Below, one piece after another: positions 59,010-64,000 of a stretch of DNA of 64,000 nt. The first letter of the stretch is position 1; each line of letters begins with the position of its first letter. The position numbers were made by a program, and so were the translations under genes. The notes below the pieces were generated by a model. That model ran no database searches, was not told the origin of the DNA, and saw only the letters and a list, made by a program, of their open reading frames with translations. Source of the stretch: Terriglobia bacterium (GTDB taxonomy: Bacteria > Acidobacteriota > Terriglobia > 20CM-2-55-15); the NCBI GenBank assembly GCA_965198225.1, contig CBDAOY010000007.1, positions 512,001 to 576,000 on the forward strand, written 5' to 3'.

Positions 59010-59906
59010 CTAGGCTCTTGGGTTGAAGGTGGAGGACTTGGCGAGTTCTTCGAAGTGACGGCGTTCGACCTCGGACAGGTCTTTCGGGACGACGATCTTC
59101 AGACGGACGTAGTGGTCTCCGCGGCCGCCGCTCCGTACGCAGAGGCCCAGTTCCCTGAGGCGAAGTTTCTGGCCGGAACTGACGCCTGCAGGAACTTTTA
59201 TTTCACTCTCGCCGTCGAGGGTCGGGACCCGGATGGTCGTTCCCAACGCTGCCTCCCATGGGCTGAGAGGTACCTCGACCTCCGTGTTGTCCCCGTCCAC
59301 CTTCAGCTCGAGCGCCCCGCCGGGGACGCGGATCTGGCTGCCGTCGCGCGCGCCGGGTGGAATGCGAACCTCGATGGACTTCTGCTTGTCGTCGACCCGC
59401 AGGTTGAGTTTGCGAGTCGTGCCACGGTGCATTTCCTCCAGGGGCAACCGGAGTTCGGTTTCCACCTTGTTCCGCGCCCGACCGGATCGGGACCGGGGTC
59501 TTCCGCCGGCCGCAGAACCACGGCCTCGTCCGGCGCCCATCTGGCCGAAGATCGACTCGAAGAAATCGCTGAAGCCACCGCGTCCCCCGAGTCCGCCGCG
59601 TGCACCGAAGATGTCTTCGAAGTTGAAATCCGTCTGGAAACCTTCGAAACCCGGTGGAGGCGTAAAATCGGCTCCGTGCTTCCAGTTCGGACCGAGCTGG
59701 TCGTATCGTTTCCGTTTTTCCACGTCGCTAAGCACTTCGTAGGCTTCCTGGATTTCCTTGAACCGGTCCTCGGCATTCTTGTTGTTCGGATTGACGTCGG
59801 GATGATACTTGCGCGCGAGCTTCCGGTAGGCTTTCTTGATCTCTTCATCGGACGCAGTGCGCCCGACGCCGAGGGTTTCGTAATAATCCTTGAACGTTAC
59901 GGCCAT
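59010..59906 (-). CDS. cbpA: CbpA/DnaJ class II co-chaperone (apparent internal deletion)
   Basis: KDYY, HPD J-domain, G/F region, PWEAALG; no zinc finger. Confidence 0.88.
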   Translation of the reverse strand: MAVTFKDYYETLGVGRTASDEEIKKAYRKLARKYHPDVNPNNKNAEDRFKEIQEAYEVLSDVEKRKRYDQLGPNWKHGADFTPPPGFEGFQTDFNFEDIFGARGGLGGRGGFSDFFESIFGQMGAGRGRGSAAGGRPRSRSGRARNKVETELRLPLEEMHRGTTRKLNLRVDDKQKSIEVRIPPGARDGSQIRVPGGALELKVDGDNTEVEVPLSPWEAALGTTIRVPTLDGESEIKVPAGVSSGQKLRLRELGLCVRSGGRGDHYVRLKIVVPKDLSEVERRHFEELAKSSTFNPRA

Positions 59907-60008
59907 GTGTCGTCGGCAGCGCGCTTGATCCGATGGATCAAGCGTCCCTACAGTTATATAGGCCGCGAAGGCTGGAATTCCAGGATGAAAACGAAGGTTT
60001 GCGCGGCA

Positions 60009-60830
60009 TCAGACGGGGACTTCGAGCCCCTCCTGGGCGGCGATGACGTTGGGATGAATCTGTCGGGCCAGCGCGAGGATCTCTTCGATGGCAGCGTCGT
60101 CGTGGTAGGGATCGTGGTGGAAGAGAACGACCTTCTTCGCATTGACTTCCAGCGCGCTTTCCACCGATTGCTTCCACGTGCTGTGACCCCACCCCACGTG
60201 ATCGGGATACTCTTCGGGGGTGTACTGGGCGTCGACGATGAGACAGTCGGCGTCCCGGGCGAGTTCCTTGAAGTTGTTGTCACTCCAGTCCGGACCTCGC
60301 TCGACGTCGGTGCAGTAGGAGATCACCTTGTCGCTTTGCGTGATGCGGTATCCGACGCAGCCTTGTGGATGATTCAGCTTCTTCACCAGAATACTGGCCT
60401 CCGCCACCCGGAACGTCCCCTCAACCAGGTCGATGTAATCCCTGACGCATGGAAGCTTGGACATGTCGACTGGAAAGTAGGGGTTGGCCATGATGCCGGC
60501 CAGCGCATCCATTACCAGGTTCGCGTCCCGGCGGCCGGCGAAGTAAAAGGTGAAGTGGTTGTCCTCGGAGTAGAGCGGAGTGAAGAACGGAAGGCCCTGA
60601 ATGTGGTCGATGTGGAAGTGACTGAAGAAAACGTGAGCCCGAATTCTCGAGCCGTTGAATTCCTCCTCGAGTTTCTTTCCCAGGAGTCGGATACCGGTTC
60701 CGCCGTCGAATATCAGGATCTCGTTTCCGTCTGTACGAACCTCGACACAGGATGTGTTGCCGCCGTAAACGAGATTCTCTTTGAGGGGTGTCGGCGTGGA
60801 ACCCCTTACACCCCAGAATCTGACACGCAT
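60009..60830 (-). CDS. MBL-fold metallo-hydrolase
   Basis: FWGVRGS, GGNTSC, SHFHIDH, WGHS, FHHDP. Confidence 0.93.
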   Translation of the reverse strand: MRVRFWGVRGSTPTPLKENLVYGGNTSCVEVRTDGNEILIFDGGTGIRLLGKKLEEEFNGSRIRAHVFFSHFHIDHIQGLPFFTPLYSEDNHFTFYFAGRRDANLVMDALAGIMANPYFPVDMSKLPCVRDYIDLVEGTFRVAEASILVKKLNHPQGCVGYRITQSDKVISYCTDVERGPDWSDNNFKELARDADCLIVDAQYTPEEYPDHVGWGHSTWKQSVESALEVNAKKVVLFHHDPYHDDAAIEEILALARQIHPNVIAAQEGLEVPV

Positions 60831-60932
60831 TCAGCGTTCCCCTCTCGAAGTGCCATCAGGATGCGGAAGTATATAGCAGCACACGGTATAAGTCCAAGAG
60901 GCCGCCCTGAGCGTCGCAGGCGTTGCTCTTTG

Positions 60933-62078
60933 TCACACTTCAAGAAACTTGGGATAACGCACCAGGTTGCGGCATCCGGACTCGGTGACGACAACGACAT
61001 CTTCAAGACGGACCCCGCCCATCCCCGCGTAATACAGACCCGGTTCCACCGTGACCACATGATTCTTCTTCAGTCGATTCCGGGCTCGGAGGCCGAAAGT
61101 GGGCGCTTCATGAACGTCCAGACCCAGTCCGTGGCCGGTTCCATGGAAGAAGCCTTGCATACGGCCATCCGAAAAGCCCGTCTCAAAACCGGTTCGCCGG
61201 AAATGTTCGAGAATCTCGTTGTGGATGTCATAGGCGTTTGCCTGGTGACGGATCAATCGCATCCCGATTTTCTGGGCCTGTTTGACTGACTGGTACGCGT
61301 TCTTGAGCCGGTCCGATGCGCGACCTCGAACCACCGTGCGCGTGATATCTCCAAAGTAGCCGGTCTTCTGGGACCGGGGAAAGATATCGATGATGATCGA
61401 ATCTTCCGCGCGTATGGGACCGCTGCCTTCGTTGTGGGGGTCGACTGCCTGCTCACCCGATGCCACAATCGTATGGCTGGGAACGCAGCCGCGTTCCATG
61501 ATCGTCGTGTTGATGATGCTTTTGAGGCGTTCCGATGTCAGCCGGGATCCGTTAAGGTAGAGATAGCGGCTCTTACCGATCCGCGTCCGTCGAAGCGCCT
61601 CGATCCCGGCATCCATTCCTCTTTCGGCGATCCGGAGCGATTCTCGAATCTTCCGGATCTCGTCATCAGACTTGATTTCCCGTCGCGGCCAGAAAGGATC
61701 GGGTTCTACGACGACTCGGACGCGCATCGCGCGCAGCGCGTCAGCCAGGCCGGCCGGGAAACTGGAGGGCACCAGAACGCTCTTGACGTCCAGGTCGCGG
61801 AATACTTCCCGAACCACCTCGGCTGTTGAGGGAAACCCGACGCCCCTCGCCCCGAGCCTGCTGACGTATTCGCTCTGTTTCAACACCACGTCGGCACTGG
61901 CTTGTTCGCGGGCTCGATCGAACTCCAGGTCGCTCATCACGACGTACTTCTTCCGGCGGCGCATGATAAAGATGAACGGGTCCGGTACGAACATCCGCGT
62001 GGCCCACAACATGTTCGCGTCGGTTTCGCTGTCGGCGACGATCAGTCGGGTATCAGGACGCGTGGTATATTGAGCCAT
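60933..62078 (-). CDS. Xaa-Pro peptidase family (M24)
   Basis: IIDIFP, GDITRT, HGTGHGLGLDVHE, EPGLY, RLED. Confidence 0.93.
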   Translation of the reverse strand: MAQYTTRPDTRLIVADSETDANMLWATRMFVPDPFIFIMRRRKKYVVMSDLEFDRAREQASADVVLKQSEYVSRLGARGVGFPSTAEVVREVFRDLDVKSVLVPSSFPAGLADALRAMRVRVVVEPDPFWPRREIKSDDEIRKIRESLRIAERGMDAGIEALRRTRIGKSRYLYLNGSRLTSERLKSIINTTIMERGCVPSHTIVASGEQAVDPHNEGSGPIRAEDSIIIDIFPRSQKTGYFGDITRTVVRGRASDRLKNAYQSVKQAQKIGMRLIRHQANAYDIHNEILEHFRRTGFETGFSDGRMQGFFHGTGHGLGLDVHEAPTFGLRARNRLKKNHVVTVEPGLYYAGMGGVRLEDVVVVTESGCRNLVRYPKFLEV

Positions 62079-62081
62079 AGC

Positions 62082-62807
62082 ATGTCTAAGACTGCGGGAA
62101 TCGTCGTCATAGGCAACGAGATCCTGTCCGGCAAGACGCGTGATGAGAACGCCGCGTACTTTCTCCGAGAGCTCAGGGACCTGGGTGTCGACGTCCGAAA
62201 GGTGTCGGTCATCCCCGACGAACTCGAGTGCATCCGCGACGAGATTCAGTCGTTCTCATCCCGTTTCGACTTCGTCTTCACGTCAGGCGGTGTCGGACCC
62301 ACTCATGACGATGTCACGATCGAAGGCATCGCCTCGGCTTTCGGCCGCGGCGTCTACCGCCACCGGGAACTGGAGTCGATGCTTCGAGGATACTATCAGG
62401 AGAGCGTGACCGAGGCCACGCTGCGTATGGCGAACGTGCCTGAAGGGGCTTTCCTCGTCCAGCGCGGCCGGATGTGGTTTCCTGTAGTGGCCGTCGAAAA
62501 CGTCTACACTTTTCCGGGAGTACCGGAAATACTCGTGGCCAAATTCGATCGGATCAAGGAGATGTTCCGCCAGGATCCGTTCTTTGTGAAGGAAGTGTTC
62601 CTGCGCGCCGACGAAGGTCAGATTGCCGACATCCTCCACGAGATCATCGACAGATTTCCGGAACTACTCCTGGGTTCCTACCCCACCTTCAATAACCCCG
62701 ATTACATGGTCAAGCTGACGCTGGAATCGAAGGACAAGAGCTATCTCGACGAAGCGTTCGACACCCTGGTGGGCCGGCTGACCGAAGCCGAGATCGCGCC
62801 CCTGTAG
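62082..62807 (+). CDS. CinA N-terminal/molybdopterin-binding (MoCF) domain protein
   Basis: IGNEILSG, SGGVGPTHDD, FPGVP. Confidence 0.92.
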   Translation: MSKTAGIVVIGNEILSGKTRDENAAYFLRELRDLGVDVRKVSVIPDELECIRDEIQSFSSRFDFVFTSGGVGPTHDDVTIEGIASAFGRGVYRHRELESMLRGYYQESVTEATLRMANVPEGAFLVQRGRMWFPVVAVENVYTFPGVPEILVAKFDRIKEMFRQDPFFVKEVFLRADEGQIADILHEIIDRFPELLLGSYPTFNNPDYMVKLTLESKDKSYLDEAFDTLVGRLTEAEIAPL

Positions 62808-62816
62808 GGGGGGATC

Positions 62817-62987
62817 GTAGGCCGTAGGGCGTTATCCGTAGGTCGTTGGAGTCTGAGCGGCGGTGACCGCCGGTTCTTACGGAATCAGTTCTCCCTTTCC
62901 GACTTTTCTGCCTAACGAAAACCCGAGAGTCAAGAGCCAAACTTCAATAAGGGACAACGGATAACGGCCTACGGACAACGGCCTACG
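62817..62987. repeat. CGTAGGC/CGTTATC heptamer inverted repeat
   Basis: CGTAGGCCGTAGGGCGTTATCCGTAGG / GACAACGGATAACGGCCTACGGACAACGGCCTACG. Confidence 0.85.
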
Positions 62988-62988
62988 A

Positions 62989-63018
62989 ACTAGTAGCCGG
63001 TGGCCACCGGCTACTAGT
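62989..63018. repeat. 30-bp perfect palindrome
   Basis: ACTAGTAGCCGGTGGCCACCGGCTACTAGT. Confidence 0.9.
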
Positions 63019-63482
63019 CAAACAACCCAGGCTGCTCATGCCTCCGGATCGGTATAGCGTCCAGGACTGCGTCAAAACCCAACTCCGCACACAGGGGGTG
63101 ACCTGTTCGGGATGCCCTTCGATGGCGCGATGATGGGCTGCTCACGCAATCCCGCCCACCTAGCAATACCCGGCCGAGGGCGGTCCATTGGAAAGCGATG
63201 GTTTCATGAACAGATCAGGTTGAACGGTTGGGGTGTTATGCGGAGCTGTAGGAGACAAGAGGCCGAGGACCGCGACAAATGGATCAAACAGCAACCGCGC
63301 CCGAAGCGCAGAATCGCACGGGCCGAAGCGCACGAATCCGCGAGAATGTGATCACTCGCGGGAGCGAAACCGAACAATCAGGGACTCCGTTTTGCCTCCG
63401 GAAGTCACGTGTCTTTTTTCGATCACCCGCGGTGTTCGTCGAGCACGGTCGGGCGTGTGGGGTGGCCTCTCGATCGGAACGC

Positions 63483-64000
63483 CTAGTTCGCTGCGCGGAC
63501 GTGCTCGATGCCCAGGGCCTCCAAGCGGTCAGCGATCGAACCGATGCCGGTGTACGCGGCCGCCATGAGATTGGGGCCGTAGAGGTGGGGTCGCCCTTCA
63601 CCGACGATTTCGGCGACCGCGCGGCGGAGGCTCTCCCGCAGAAGGAGATCCTCTCCCGGGTCGGGGACGTAGCTGTAGAAGAGGGCGCGCCGCGGCCGTC
63701 CGTCCTCCCGCTTCCAGGCGGAGTGCCAGAGCCGGTTGTGCCAGACCACCGCGTCGCCGGGATTCGTGTGGACCGATACCGCGCCGGGGATGCCGTCTCT
63801 TTTCAAGCGCAGGCGCGGTTTACCATCCTCCCATTCCCCGCACGCCGCAAACAACCCCTTGTTCCATTCCGCGTGATGGGTACCCGGAATGACATTGAGG
63901 GCGCCCTGCTGTGCGCTTGTTTCGTCCAGGTAGTACGTCACACGAATCGTCTGGACCGGGTCTCCCGGAACCCCTGCGGTGTGCCACGGCAGGTCGTCCA
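63483..64000 (-). CDS. Phytanoyl-CoA dioxygenase (PhyH)-family Fe(II)/2OG enzyme, 5' end off window
   Basis: Frame open to window edge: PWHTAG, YYLD, GALNVIPGTH, PGDAVVWHNRLWHSA, RPRRALFYSY. Confidence 0.88.
   Translation of the reverse strand, partial: DDLPWHTAGVPGDPVQTIRVTYYLDETSAQQGALNVIPGTHHAEWNKGLFAACGEWEDGKPRLRLKRDGIPGAVSVHTNPGDAVVWHNRLWHSAWKREDGRPRRALFYSYVPDPGEDLLLRESLRRAVAEIVGEGRPHLYGPNLMAAAYTGIGSIADRLEALGIEHVRAAN

Noticed and set aside
59055-61289. 744-aa plus-strand ORF
   Set aside because: Antisense to cbpA, the MBL hydrolase and the M24 gene; no recognisable domain
63014-63145. 43-aa minus ORF ending QPGLFD (clamp-binding-like tail)
   Set aside because: Weak start signal and low-complexity N-terminus; at most a gene remnant
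1-64000. tRNA/rRNA, prophage, defence island or autonomous IS
   Set aside because: No cloverleaf, integrase, transposase, cas or phage motifs seen by eye; a covariance-model scan would be needed to exclude small RNAs

Overview
GC-rich bacterial chromosomal segment, most likely Acidobacteriota (PadR + two ADOP-type 'orphan' ABC permeases). About 55 mostly housekeeping/catabolic genes: TolB-like/CehA-McbA metallohydrolase (partial), 2-oxoacid dehydrogenase E1 alpha/beta, TRAP and NitT/TauT transporters, peptidases (S9, S51, M14, two M24), two tandem FMN-binding glutamate-synthase-family paralogs, desaturase, agmatinase, DHS-like enzyme, an isc operon (iscR-S-U-A-hscB-hscA-iscX, no fdx), YgfZ, CbpA, CinA-like protein and a partial PhyH-family 2OG/Fe enzyme. 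I found no tRNA, rRNA, CRISPR array, transposase or phage gene by eye. The unusual content is mostly non-coding: many intergenic gaps hold palindromic repeats of several families (GTAG-REPs, GGGGACAGG elements, 7-mer and 8-mer tandem hairpins, MITEs with TIRs), often nested or anchored on TAG stop codons. Other highlights: an HxA halogenase-type iron motif in the PhyH-like gene, an unannotated zinc-ribbon microprotein with a two-domain relative, a REP apparently translated inside a lipoprotein signal peptide, an ATC start codon, and several small coding lesions that may be real or assembly artefacts.
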